A stretch of 64,000 nucleotides of DNA from Mobula hypostoma (Eukaryota), in assembly GCF_963921235.1 (NCBI RefSeq), contig NC_086097.1, positions 15,376,001 to 15,440,000 of the forward strand, in the 5' to 3' direction. The first letter of the stretch is position 1, and each line of letters begins with the position of its first letter. The notes under the pieces are model-generated. The model was not told the DNA's origin. It did no database searches and was given only the letters and a program-made list of their open reading frames with translations. Positions 13,791-28,660 of this stretch are shown here, piece by piece. Both the position numbers and the translations under genes were made by a program.

Positions 13791-14121
13791 CTGTGTTCCC
13801 CCTGAAGTGTGAGCGCGCACACATCTTTTGCTACTAGCGTGCAAGAGAATTTAAACTGCGCACAAAAGGTTGTCACCCTCTGCCTCGTTGGCATGTTAAG
13901 CTCATTTCACGATCATACACAATCACATTTCCGTTTCAGGTTTCTGATGCAGGCGGTGTTGACAACATAAAGTTTGCAATGATTTGTCTGCAGATTTTAG
14001 AACTGGCTTACTTATACTGCTTTTACTGAAGAAATTATTCAGTGTGCACATGTTCTTGTTACTGGGGAAGAAATCGCACAGCACAAGATTTTTGTGCACA
14101 CTCATCACATTACAAACATTG
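13791..14121 (+). mobile_element. hAT-type MITE family B, copy 1 (8-bp TSD gtggtgtg/gtagtgtg)
   Basis: Degenerate TIRs ctgtgttccc / aaacattg; homologous in opposite orientation to 39769-40095. Confidence 0.75.
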
Positions 14122-15904
14122 GTAGTGTGGTATGAAAGACTTAGTTCCCTACCACAGGCAGGCTACTTTTAAGGCAAAAATTGATACCTTAATTCAAACA
14201 AATATAAAATCCTACTTGATTCTTAAGTTTAACTTGCTAAAACCATTTCTGCAATTAAACTGTTAAAACAATAGAGTCTTGCATTGCATTATTGACCTTC
14301 TCAAGCACCAGGTACTGTTTACCCAGGAGAATACTTCAGAGAAGTCTGCTAAACTTTGCAGAAGTAGCACAATGAAAATTTATGATGAAAATTCAATTAA
14401 AGGACAAAATAATTCAATTAAAATAATCAGCCATGATTCTGCAAAAGGTGGAAATCCAGAGCAACATACAAAAATGTTGGAGGAATTCAGCAGCTTAGGC
14501 AGCATCTATGGAGAGGTATTAACAGCAGAAGAGATCTTGCAGATGCTGAGTCCCAGTGAAGGGTCTTGGCCCAAAACGTCGACTCTTTATACTGTAAATG
14601 CTGCCTGGTCTGCAGAGGACTATACACTCAGCCAGATCTATCATGGGTGCTAGCCTCCCTACCATTTAGGACATCTTCAAATGCCTCAGAAAGGCAGCAT
14701 CCATCATTAGGGACCCCCCCCCCCCCGGACGCCACCATCAGGGAGGAGGTACAGGAGCTTGAAGATACACAATCAATGATTGAGGAACAGCCTCTTCCCA
14801 TATGCAACACACACACAAAATGCTGTGGGGACTCGGCAGGTCAGGCAGCATCTGTGGAAATGAATAAACATTTGACATTTCCGGCCGAGACCCTTCTTCA
14901 GGACATCCCCTCTGCCATCAGATTGCTGAATGGACAACAAACAGTACCTCACTATTTTTGCTTTTCCTTTGTACCAGCTATTTAATTTAATTTATGTATA
15001 CCTTATGGTAATTTATAGAATTTTTTATATATTGCACTGCACTGCTGCTGCCAAACAACACATTTCAGGATAAAAAGTCAGGGATGATAAACCTGATTTT
15101 GATTCTGAGTTTCTCCAGCATTTTGTGCGAATTGTTCCAATAAAAATGCGTTTTATGCTTCTTCCATTCCAGATGCCAAATACTGTGTCTGCTATGAGTT
15201 TCCAAACTGTGAACCGACCACATGGATTGTCCACCTCCCTAAATGACAGGAACTGCAGGCTGCAATCAAGTATGTTTTAAAGTAAACTAAAAAAAGTGTA
15301 CTTTTGCACACCATGGGAAAATATGAATATCTCAGATAAGAGATTACTGGGAATATTTTTTTAGCTGATGGATAACGGCTAATTACAAAGATGGAAAATT
15401 TCTGTAATGTTGAAATTAATTTATTATTTGGAAAGGACTCATGTTATATTTATTTCAGATATTCCATTTTTTAAATACCCTCCAGCAAGAAAGATACAGG
15501 AAATTCAGCAAATCAGTATTTATACAGGGAAAGGAAAAAACACCACAGAGGTTAAAATGAAAGCATTAACTACTGATAAGGCAGAGGTCAGACAGCATCA
15601 GCAGCGACAGTTAACGTTTCACTGCGGTCAAGTTGAACATTACCACTGTTTTTCTTGCCACAGATGGAGCCTGACCCTCTCTGTATTTCCAATACTTAAT
15701 GGTTTGATTTGGTACCAAATTATATTTAAATCAGATAACAGTATCTTGAAAAAGGAAAATGTGAACACAATGTCTAGACTTACGTAATTCGGTCACTGGA
15801 AAACTACAGAGTAAAACAGAAATGTTGAAAGTACTTTGGTCAAGCTGTCACTCATAGGTTGAGTCCTCAGAAAATCTCACTGCTTGTCTAGCTGATGGCT
15901 TCCA

Positions 15905-15908
15905 GACA

Positions 15909-15947
<39 letters not shown>

Positions 15948-16310
15948 GCAAAATACTGGGGGAAATCAGCAAGACAGGCAGCATCTATAGAAATGAATGA
16001 GCAAGCCTATATTTTGGGGAGAGACCCTGCTTCAGGACTGGAATGGGAAAAGGAAGAAAACAGGATAAGGAGGTGTGGGGGAGGGGGAGGAGGGCAGTAC
16101 AAGCAAGATGATGCCAGGTGGATCGGAGAGGGCAGAATGAAGTGAAAAGCTGGGAGGTGATAGGTGGAAAAAGTAAAGGGCTGGAGAAGGGAGTGGACCA
16201 TGGGAGAAAGGGAAGGAGGAAGGGCACCAGGGAGAGGTGATAAGCAGGTGAGGAGAAGAGAAGAGGTAAGAGCGGAGAACTGAAGAAGACGGAAGGAGGA
16301 GGGTGACTTC
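15905..16310 (-). mobile_element. Penelope-like 3' UTR fragment adjoining a (CA)n microsatellite
   Basis: Reverse hammerhead remnant gagaccctgcttcaggactg, purine-rich tract, (CA)n at 15905-15945. Confidence 0.7.
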
Positions 16311-16994
16311 CAGGTTTTTTTTTCGGCGTTTATTTCCGTTTTCCTGATTCCCCGGCACTTTGCTTTATTTCTCAGTACATGTTCTGAATGTTTCAACTCC
16401 GCAACATATAAATGTACTCCTTCAGTCAACACAGTAAGAACTGAAAAGCTCTCAGGCAACTTTTAACAGGTACGCTCCACTTTCAGACATATGGAGATGA
16501 CACTCCTTCGTGATTATGACGGATTTCACTTTTCATGCAAATGGTTAATTCTTCAATAAGAAACGTTTGCCCAAGCTTAAGCACTGAAGTTTATGGTGAC
16601 AGCATTTCCCGCAATTTCTAACATTGTTGCCACGGAAAGGATAACTGTTCAGATCTCCTGGCAACACCGACCATTCCGATACATCTTAGTCTTCAGACTT
16701 GCCGACTCTAAAGCACTAACCCCTCCTCTCCCTCTCTCTCTCTCTCTCTGTCCTCGACACTTGTAAACTCGAGGTCATCCAGAACTCAGTGACTCAGTGA
16801 CCCATGTCTAACTGGCCAGGTTACTCTTGTACAATACCTCTCGGTCCTCAGTCCTCTGCCACCCTCCACTCTGACTTCCTCGTCATCCAGGGGTTTAGTC
16901 ACCCCATCGGCCAATGCCTATGGTCGGAACACCTTTCACCCTCTCTCTCTGTTTTAATGTTTTCCTTCAAATCTGCCGCCTTAGTCTTAGAGTT

Positions 16995-17270
16995 ACGCAG
17001 AACAGCAGCAGGCCCTTCGGCCCAACCAAGTAGCAGGTGAGTCCCATTTCCCGCATTTGCCCCTCATTGCTCTAACCTTTTCTATCCTGCACCTCCCAGT
17101 GTCATTGTACTCGCCTCAAGCTTCCTCTGTCTGGCTGCTCGCTCCATCTATCAAACACCCCCTGTGAGAAGCAGTTGCCCCGTAAACTCTTCCCTCTCAG
17201 CTTAAACCAACATCCTCTTATTTTAGTCCCTCCTACCCCGGAGGAAAAGTTCATCCGTTTCAATGTCTGT
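16995..17270 (-). mobile_element. CR1 LINE 3' end fragment
   Basis: Minus-strand translation KIRGCWFKLRG...RGNCFSQGVFDRWSEQP resembles a CR1 ORF2 C-terminus. Confidence 0.6.
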
Positions 17271-17355
17271 CTCAGCTTTGCTCCGCTAAATCTGCCTTTG
17301 GAATGCTCGTAATGAAGGCTCATATAAGCGCGAAAACAGGCCAATCGGCCCATCA

Positions 17356-18830
<1,475 letters not shown>

Positions 18831-19659
18831 AGAATTAAAGGCAGGTAGACAGAGCGATTTGGACAGTGTTTGTGTGTGTGTGTGTGACATTCTCTCTCTC
18901 TCACACACACACACTCACTTTCTCACACACGCACTCACTCTTACTCTCTCTCACACACACAGGGACTGGGCTCTCTCTGTTTTATCATGCGTGGGGCATC
19001 ACCCAGACTATTCCCACATTAACCATTTGACCAGTTTATCCAATTCTGTAGCGCGGAGCAGAAACAGAGTAAATTGCAACTTTCGTTTTGGTGTTGGTTT
19101 ACCGAGATACAACGGAAAGCTTTTGTTAGCGTGGTATCCAGACGCATCAAGCCATACGCCGATGCAGTAACAAGTGAAACAGAGCTCGGAATACAGAGGA
19201 AGTGCAGAGCAGGTCAGTAAATAAAGTGCAAGAGATATGAGGTAGAATAGATCAGATTTCTGAATGGACAATGAACCCAAGTACACCACCTCACTGTTTT
19301 TTTCTTGTTGCTCTATTTGCACTACTATATACTGTCATTGTAATTTAGTTTTTTTTAAATTATGTATTGTAATATCCTGCGGCAGCAGTACAATGCAATA
19401 CATAATAACAGAGAGAAAACAGTACAAAAATAGAAATTAAAAAAGTAGTGAGGTCGTTCTCATGGGTTGAATGTCCATTCAGAAATCGGATGGCAGAGGG
19501 GAAGAAGCTGTTTTTGAATTGTTGAGTGCGCGCCTTCTGGCTTCTGTACCTCCTCCCTGATGGTAAAGGCATGACCTAGGTGATGGGGGTCCTTAATGAT
19601 GGATGTTGCCTTTTTGAGGCTTCGCTCCTTGGAGATATGCTAGATACTGTACTACGATC

Positions 19660-20520
19660 AATCTGACATTTCTTTCAACCAACCGGAACAGTCGCGACGG
19701 GCCGAATAGTTCCCCGGAGCCACGGGAGAATGAAGATGCTGGGATTCGGATCAAAAAAAGAGAAACTGTCTTCCGTCCATTTTGTTGCGAATGACCCTTT
19801 GAAACAAAGTAAATTTTCTATTCACTCAGATCTGCTGTTTTGGGTTTCCTCTCGTCGCCTTCACGTTATTAAAGCGGGATTCCCTAATTAAATGCGGATT
19901 AAAACGAAACTGCTGGAGTAATTCAACGGCTCCAGCAGATTCTGTGGGGATGGGGTGGAGAGAAGGGGGAGAAGAGGTCGCTTCGCGTCTCCATTCCCCT
20001 GGTTTCAGATTCAGGAATCGTCCTGGGCCAGGTGTGAAGAAGGAGGGCGGAACTCCGTGGGAAGGTCGGGCCGAAGACAGTCACTCTCTGGTGGCCGGTC
20101 CCGCTCTTAAATCTCCACCTTGGCCACCTTGTTCTGGAGAAGGAATAATGTTCTAAATGTGACCCGGTCTGAAACCGGACTCAGGCGCACCTGTTAAACA
20201 GAAGACCGCTGAGAATTTTACAGTTCCCGTCCTTGGCCTCCTGCTGTCTCCTGTGACGGCTGGGGGCGTCTTGCTTTCTTCTCTCTGTTATGCTGATAGC
20301 TGGGATTATTTATTGAAATCGGTGACGCCGCGAACCTGTCTCCGTCCAAAGTGGAATTAATTTTTCCTGTCATTGCAGGACAGGGTTACAATCCATCCGT
20401 GACCTTTCGCCATTATTTATTGAGCAGGTTGGAAACTTATTCCCTCGCTATCTTCCCGCCTCGTTCTCTAATGAGGGAGCTCTAAGTGACTTCTTCAAAT
20501 GCTAACGCGCACGGATAAGA
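19660..20520. promoter_or_regulatory. Second CpG-rich unique segment upstream of CCDC85C (possible enhancer or alternative promoter)
   Basis: CpG retention, a GGGCGG box near 20045, no recognisable repeat. Confidence 0.35.
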
Positions 20521-22606
20521 TTAATTTCTCACGTCTGGTAAATTAGGTTTAGGGTGGATGTGTTATCTTCGCACTATTAACCCTCCCAACTACATCTACA
20601 TGGAACCCTGTCACTGGAAGGCAGCATCCCCGCCACCCAGGCCATGCTCTCTTCTTGCTGCTGCCAGCAGGCCGAAGGTACAAGAGGCTCACGACTCTCA
20701 CCACCAGGTTCAAGAACAGTTACTACCCCTCAACCTTCAGGCTCTTGAATAAAAATGGATAACTTCACTTGCCCCGTCACTGAAATGTTCCCATTTGCGT
20801 GTGTTGCCACAATCTATGGAATCACTTTCAAGGACTCTTCATCTCATGTTTTCAACATTCATTGCTGCTTTATTTATTGGTATTATTGCTTCTTTTTGTA
20901 TTTGCACAGTTTGTTGTCGTTTGCCCAAGTTGGCGGGGTCATTCATCGATTATATTGTGGTTATTATTCTATTACAGATTTATTGAGTATGCCCACAAGG
21001 AAATGAATCTCAGGGTTGTATATGGTGACATATATGTTCTTTGATCGTAAATTTACTTTGAAGTATTAACTTTAATACACTTCAAAATACCCACAGAACA
21101 GGGTGTCAGAGAACTTAGCTTCATGGTTTAATTTACTGGGCAACAGATGATACAGTGCTCAATTTAGAAAGGAATACACATTCCTTCTGGTTGACAGCGC
21201 AGGACTGCAAGACGTTCCACTTGCCAAGATGTCCGTTTGAAAGGATAATGTGATAAAGTTACTTAAACAAACAGCTGACAGGCTACACTTAAAAGCTGCA
21301 TCTTGGGGCTGGATGTTGTCAGGGCTAACATGGAGAATTCACTTGTTTGATGTAGTATCTGTAAAGATTGTAGAAAAATGCCTCATTATCTTGGAATGAG
21401 CTAAATGGATTTCTTGCTGTCAGTCGTCTCACCACCATCCTTCACTCTCCGCCCCCCCCCCCCCCATTTTTCCTATTAATTTGTTGACGCACACAAAATG
21501 CTGAAGGAACTCAAAAGATCAGGGAGCCTCCACGGGAATGAATAAACAGGTGACATTTTGGGCCAAGAGCCTTCACTCAGTCCTGAAGAAGAGTTTTCGG
21601 CTGAAAAGCCGACAGTTTATTCCTTTCCATAGATGCTGCCTGACTTGCTGAGTTCCTCCAACATTTTGTGCATGTTGCTCTGGATTTCCAGCATCTGCAG
21701 ACTTTCTTGTGTTTATGATTTGCTGACAGTTGGTTGTCCCTTTCCCTGTATGCTCTCATTCCCTACCTGACACTCTCTTCAAAAGTTTGAAGTAAATTCA
21801 TAATCAAAGTACATATATGTCATCGTATACAACCCTGAGATTCATTTTCACTCAATAAATCCAAGAGCCATAACAGAACCAATGGAAGACCACATTCAGC
21901 AGGTGGACAAGCAACCAGTGTGTAAAAAATAACAATCTGTGCAAATACAAAAGAGGAAAAATAATATATATATAAGCAATAAATATTGAAAAGATGAGAT
22001 GAAGAGCCCTGAGGTTGTGGGAACAGTTCAGTGATGATGGGGCAGGGAAAATTGAGTGAGGTTATCCCCACCGGTTCAAGAGCGCGATGGTTGAGGGGTA
22101 ATAACTGTTCCTGAACCTGATGTGAGTCCTGAGGCTCCTCTACTTCCTACCTGATGGCAGAAGTGAGAAGAATATTCATTCTTGATCAAATGGGAAAAGG
22201 TTATTTGACCCCATTCAGACGCCTGTCTACCGTTCATTGAGATTTTCACCTCTATGATCCTCTCCTGCACTAACCTTATATGCATTGAAGCAGCAATGCC
22301 CAAGGATGAAAAAGCCTACAAAATGTAGTGGATACAGCCCACTTCTTCACAGGAAACACCCTCCCCACTGCTGAGCACATCTACAAAGAACCCTGCCACA
22401 AGAAAGCATCATCCATCATCAAGGACCCCCACCACCATCCAGGCCATGATCTTTTCTCATTGCTGCCATTGGGAAGGAGATTAAGGATCCTCAGGACCCA
22501 CACCACCAGGTCTATGAACAGTCATTACCCGTCAACCATCAGGCTTTTCAATCGACGTGGATAACTTCACTCATGGCAGCACTGAACTGATCTCTGAACA
22601 CAACCT

Positions 22607-23944
22607 GTGCATGGTAGGTCATGTTTGACCAATCTATTTGTGCGTGGTAGGTCATGTTTGACCAATCTATTGTGCGTGGTAGGTCATGTTTGACCAATCT
22701 ATTGGAGTTTTTCGAGGAGGTTACCAGGAAAGTGGACGAAAAGCAGGCAGTGGCTATTGTCTACCTGGATTTCAGTAAGGACTTTGACAAGGTCCCGCAT
22801 GGGAGGTTAGTTAGGAAAATTCAGTCGCTAGGTATACATGGAGAGGTGGTAAATTGGATTAGACATTGGCTCAATGGAAGAAGCCAAAGAGTGGTGGTAG
22901 AGAATTGCTTCTCTGAGTGGAGGCCTGTGACTAGTGGTGTGCCACAGGGATCAGTGCTGGGTCCATTGTTATTTGTCATCTGTATCAATGATCTGGATGA
23001 TAATGTGGTAAATTGGATTAGCAAATTTGCTGATGATACAAAGATTGGAGGTGTAGTAGACAGTGAGGAAGGTTTTCAGAGCCTGCAGAGGGACTTGGAC
23101 CAGCTGGAAAAATGGGCTGAAAAATGGCAGATGGAGTTTAATACAGACAAGTGTGAGGTATTGCATGTTGGAAGGACAAACCAAGGTAGAACATACAGGG
23201 TTAATGGTAAGGCACTGAGGAGTGCAGTGGAACAGAGGGATCTGGGAATACAGATACAAAATTCCCTAAAAGTGGCATCACAGGTAGGTAGGGTTGTAAA
23301 GAGAGCTTTTGGTACATTGGCCTTTATTAATCAAAGTATTGAGTATAAGATCTGGAATGTTATGATGAGGTTGTATAAGGCATTGATGAGGCCGAATCTG
23401 GAGTATTGTGTTCAGTTTTGGTCACCAAATTACAGGAAGGATATAAATAAGGTTGAAAGAGTGCAGAGAAGGTTTACAAGGATGTTGCCAGGACTTGAGA
23501 AACTCAGTTACAGAGAAAGATTGAATAGGTTAGGACTTTATTCCCTGGAGCATAGAAGAATGAGGGGAGATTTGATAGAGGTATATAAAATTATGATGGG
23601 TATAGATAGAGTGAATGCAAGCAGGCTTTTTCCACTGAGGCAAGGGGAGAAAAAAAACAGAGGACATGGGTTAAGGGTGAGGGGGGAAAAGTTTAAAGGG
23701 AACATTAGTGGGGGCTTCCTCACACAGAGAGTGGTGGGAATATGGAATGAGCTGCCAGGTGAGGTGGTAAATGCGGGTTCTTTTTTAACATTTAAGAATA
23801 AATTGGACAGATACATGGATGGGAGGTGTATGGAGGGATATGGTCCATGTGCAGGTTAGTGGGACTAGGCAGAAAATAGTTTGGCACAGCCAAGAAGAGC
23901 CAAAAGGCCTGTTTCTGTGCTGCAGTTTCTATGGTTTCTATGGT
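22607..23944 (+). mobile_element. CR1 LINE, 5'-truncated young copy with an open RT C-terminal ORF (22654-23859)
   Basis: GRSCLTNLLEFFEEVT, YLDFSKDFDKVPH, GVPQGSVLGPLLF, KFADDTK; tail (tttctatgg)2; AACCT duplication at 22602-22606 and 23945-23949; inserted in a Rex-type 3' UTR. Confidence 0.95.
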
Positions 23945-25059
23945 AACCTATGGACTCACTTTCAAGGACTCTACAACTCATGTTCACAGCATCTTTTTTA
24001 CTTATTTATATATTGTTTTTGTATTTGCTCAGATTTTTCTTTTGCATGTTGGTTGTCCATCTTTGTGTTAGTTTTTTATTGATTCTGTTGTATTACTTGT
24101 ATCTACTGTGAATGCCCACAAGAAAATGAATCTCAGGGTAGTATATGGTGATATATATGCACTTTGAACTTTGTTATTTATTTGTTTATTTTTATTGTGC
24201 TCTTTATGCTTATTGTGTTTTGTTTTTTATGCTGAATTGGATCTGAATAGTAGTAATTTCTGTCTCCTTTACACTTGTCAACTGATGAATGACAATAAGT
24301 AATCTTGAATCTTCAATTGATACCCTCAATATCTAAAGAAAATCCTTTGATTCTCTGTTGAATATATGCAGCAACTGAGCTCCACAATCCCTTTTGGGTA
24401 GAAATTTACAATAGCTTTTGGGTAAAGAAATCTCTTTTTGATCATGTAGTCTGGTCTATCTGATTAAGGAGTTTAAACAAAAAAAAAGGAAATAGAGTAA
24501 GATAAAATAAGATAAACTTTATTTATCTCAAAAGAAATTATTGTTGCAAGTTTGCTCAGTCGGAAATATTTACTTTAAAGTACAAACTGTAAACATTGAG
24601 GTATGAGTATTCAGGTCAGGCAGCATCCATGATGGGAGAAACAGTTAATGTTACAAGTCAATATATTTCCATCAGCAGCATTGGGACTCACTACTGATGG
24701 ACAAAGTGGTCCAGGATTCAAGGATTTCAGCAAGTAATAATATCCTTAAATTTTTCTTCCGTTCACTCTAATCTACAGATGCAAAAGGACTTCTCGGCCA
24801 AATTCTAAGTCAGTATCAGAAAACCAGACTGCTGGAGGAACACAGTGAGTCAGGCAACATTTGTGGAGGGAAATGGGCAGTCCATATTTCAGCTTGACCC
24901 CTTTATCTTGACTTCCCATCTAGGGACACGTTCCACCACTTGGCAGAACTTGTGCAGATCCTGAATAGCTTCTCTTCATGTTCCAATCACTATTTAAGAA
25001 AAAGAACATCCCAGAAGAAGGATCTAAACCCAAAACGAAGGCCATACACTTCCCTCAGA

Positions 25060-25820
25060 ATGAGAATCAAGTTTACTATCACTAACATATGCCATACAAA
25101 TTGTTGTTTTACAGTAACAGTACAGTACAAGACATAAAAGTAATCCAGTACTGTGCAAATAGCTATATATTTGTACCTAAGGATTTTGCTGCACAGTGAT
25201 GTATGCCATAACTTATTATAAAAATATCTATTTAAAAAATAAGTAGGGCAAAAAGAGAGCAAAAATAGTGAGGTAGTGTTTATGGGTGCATTATTCATTC
25301 AGAAAACTAATGGCAGAGGGGTAGAAGCTGTTCCCAAAGTTGAGAGTCTAACTTCAGGCTCCTGTACCTCCTCCCTGATGGTAATAATGAGAAGATGGCA
25401 CATCCCGGTGATGGGAATCCTTAATAATGGATGCCATTTAGAAGTATCGCCCTTTGAAGATGTCCGTGATGGAGAGGAGGCCAGCTGAGTTTGCCACCTA
25501 CTGTCGCGGTGCAGTGACCCCTCTGTACCCGACCACGATGCAATCAGAATGCTCTCCACGGTACACCTGTAGAAATTTGCGAGTGTCGTTGGCGACATAC
25601 CAAATCTCCTCAGACTCCTAATGAAATATAGCCATCAGCATGCCCTTTTCATAAGTGCATCAATATGTTGCACCAAGGATAGATCTTCAGAGACGTTGAG
25701 AATCAGGGACTTGAAACTGTTCACTCTTTCCACTGCTGATCCCTCGACGAGGACTGGTGTGTGTTCCAATGATTTCCCCTTCCTGAAGTCTACAAGCAAT
25801 TCCTTGGTCTTACTGATGTT
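25060..25820 (-). mobile_element. Rex1/Babar LINE 3' fragment
   Basis: SKTKELLVDFRK...VERVNSFK and LANFYRCTVESIL motifs. Confidence 0.8.
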
Positions 25821-26543
25821 GCCTCCACAGATGCTGCCTGAGCCATTGAGTTCCAGCATCATTTTTAATTTTGCTGCAGATTTCAGCACCTGCAGTCTAT
25901 TCTTGTCCTCACCACTCCATGAATTGTAGAATTCTCGCTCTCTCTGCTCACCAGTGCTGATCAAACTGCTGCAGATTTCCAGTCTCACCACGGACTGAAT
26001 TATTCATACACGTTAGCTATCAAAGTACATCTGAAACCTGCCTTTCAGTTTGCAGTTAACAGTCAATTTGCAAGCTCAGGCTACCTGTGCTGGAAGTACT
26101 TGAGGTGAATGATGATTCACACAGGATATGCTTTGAAACTACTTTACCATCTCATAAAAACAGCGAATGCTGCGGATACTCAGCAGGTCATGTACCATCT
26201 GCAAGGAAGCTCAGTTAATACTTTAGTCTCGGCCTGAAACATTGACTGCACCTCTTCCTAGAGATGCTGCCTGGCCTGCTGCGTTCACCAGCAACTTTTA
26301 TGTGTGTTACTAGATTTATTTGCTGTTTTTAAGAACTGGAAGAGTTGGGAGTTGCTTACGGTATAAACAATTCTCAAAATGCACATAACATAAATGGAAA
26401 GGGTATGAAACTGCCATGAAATCATTCATTAGCAGATTTAGCAATGAAATAAAAATGCTTTGAAGATAAGTGGCATCCTCACTTTTTCCTGGGAATACCC
26501 TGACCTATAGGCAGCTGGTGGTTTAGTGACATCAGCACCGGAC

Positions 26544-27178
26544 TGGACTGGTCCAAGAACACTGAGGCTGTCTACAAGAAGGGTCAGAGCCGTCTCTATT
26601 TCCTGAGGAGACTGAGGTCCTTTAACATCTGTTGGACAATGCTGAGGATGTTCTACGAGTCTGTGGTGGCCAGTGCTATCATGTTTGCTGTTGTGTGCTG
26701 GGGCAGCAGGCTGAGGGTAGGAGACACCAACAGAATCAACAAACTCATTCGTAAGGCCAGTGATGTTGTGGGGATGGAACTGGACTTTCTGACAGTGGTG
26801 TCTGAAAAGAGGATGCTGTCTAAGTTGCATACCATCTTGGACAATGTCTCCCATCCACTACATAATGGACTGGTTGGGCACAGGAGTACATTCAGCCAGA
26901 GACTCATTCCACCGAGATGCAACACTGAGCGTCATAGGAAGTCATTCCTGCCTGTGGTCATCAAACTTTACAACTCCTATCTTAGAGGGTCAGACACCCT
27001 GAGCCAATAGGCTTATTTCCTGGCAGAATTTACATATTATTATTTAATTATTTATGGTATTATATGGCTATATTTATACTCTGTTCTTGGTTGGTACAAC
27101 TGTAACGAAACCAAATTTCCCCCGGGTCAATAATGTATGACTATGACTATGACTATGGCTATGACTATGACTATGACT
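26544..27178 (+). mobile_element. Rex1/Babar LINE 3' fragment with an (ATGACT)n tail, nested in a tRNA SINE
   Basis: KKGQSRLYFLRRLRSFN, MFYESVVASAIMFAVVCWG, TERHRKSFLP; flanks 26515-26545 and 27179-27342 rejoin to match the SINE at 58244-58441. Confidence 0.85.
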
Positions 27179-27539
27179 TCAAGGCAACTTGTCCTCGGTT
27201 CGAATCCAACCAGCAACTTACACACTTCCCATCCATGGGCTGCGCAGCGAGCTAGCAACTCTGCCTCGTAGAAAAACAGATAAATGCTAAAGAAACGGTA
27301 AGGTTGCCGCCCGGTGCATCAGAAAGCACGGAGAGGAACAAAAATCCTGATCAAACTGGCCTGTAAGTGACAAAGGAGAGTTTAGGATGAAATTGAGAAT
27401 CTGGACTTCATGCATTGGGAATTCATAAGAACTCTGTATAAGTGATGCCATTTGATCCATTTATGAGGAATCTGTAGTTCTCAGATTCATCAGCCACTCT
27501 GTCCATATGGTCTCAACCCAAAACATCAACTGTTCATAG

Positions 27540-28660
27540 TTCAAAGTTCTTAAACTTTATTATCAGAGTACATACATGTTACCTCTTACAACCCTGAGTT
27601 TCTTTTTCTGTGGTCATATTTAGTTTATCTATAGAACAGTAACTACAACACACATAAAATGCTGGAGGAACTTAAAAAAGGAGGGCCACAGAGATCACAG
27701 AGGGGGAGCAGTGAGAGGGGGTTTCACTGAATTCCCGTTGAAGGGATGATTTAAACTTCTTCAGGATAGTGTGTGTTGCTTGGATTTCCAGCATCTGCAG
27801 ATTTTCTCTTGTTTGTGAACAGTAACAATGAACAGGATTAATGAACAACAAACTGCAAATGCAGATATAAATAAATAGCAATAAATAACGAGCAGGAAAC
27901 AACAAGATAAACAGTCCTTAAAGTGAGACCTTCCGTTGTGGGAACACCAGAAGTAGAACATGTGTAGCTATCCCCTTTTGTACAAGAGCCTGATGATAGA
28001 GGGGTAGTAACTGTTCTTGAACCTGCTGGTGTGAGACCTGAGGCATCTGTACCTTCTGCCTGATGGCAACAGCGAGAAGAGAGCATGGCCTGGGTAGTGA
28101 GGATCTTTGATGGTGGATGCTGCTTTTCTATGGCAGCATTTCACGTAGATGTGCCCAAAGGCTCAGAGGGTTTTACCCCTGATGTACTGGGCCAAATCCA
28201 CCAACTTTTGTAGGATTTTCTGCTCAGTGTTCCCATACTAGGCTGTAGTGCAGCTAGTCAGCACACTTCCCACCACTCATCTACAGAGGTTTGTGATGAC
28301 ATGCCGAATCTCCACAGAGACCTGAGGAAGTAGAGGGGCTTTCTTTGCGATTATATTTATATGATGGGTCCGGACAGCTCCTCTGAGGTAGTGACACACA
28401 GGAATTTAAAGTTACTGACCCCCTCCACCTCTGATCCTCCAATGATCACTGGCTCATGGACCTCTGGTTTCCCTCTCCTGAAGGCAACTATCAGTTCCTT
28501 GGTCTTATTGACATTGAGTGAAGGTTGTTGTTATTACAATACTCAGCCACATTTTCAATCTCCCTCCTGTATGTTGATTCATCACCGCCTTTGATACGGC
28601 CCACAACAGTGGTGTCATCAGCAAACTTGTATATGGTGTTAGAGCTGTACTTAGCTTCAC
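27540..28660 (-). mobile_element. Rex1/Babar LINE 3' fragment, interrupted at 27644-27816
   Basis: Reverse-strand [10 protein letters not shown] and LTLNVNKTKELIVAF motifs. Confidence 0.75.

Noticed and set aside
22607..22703. CRISPR-like array
   Set aside because: The repeats are contiguous without spacers, derive from CR1 coding sequence, and the context is eukaryotic.
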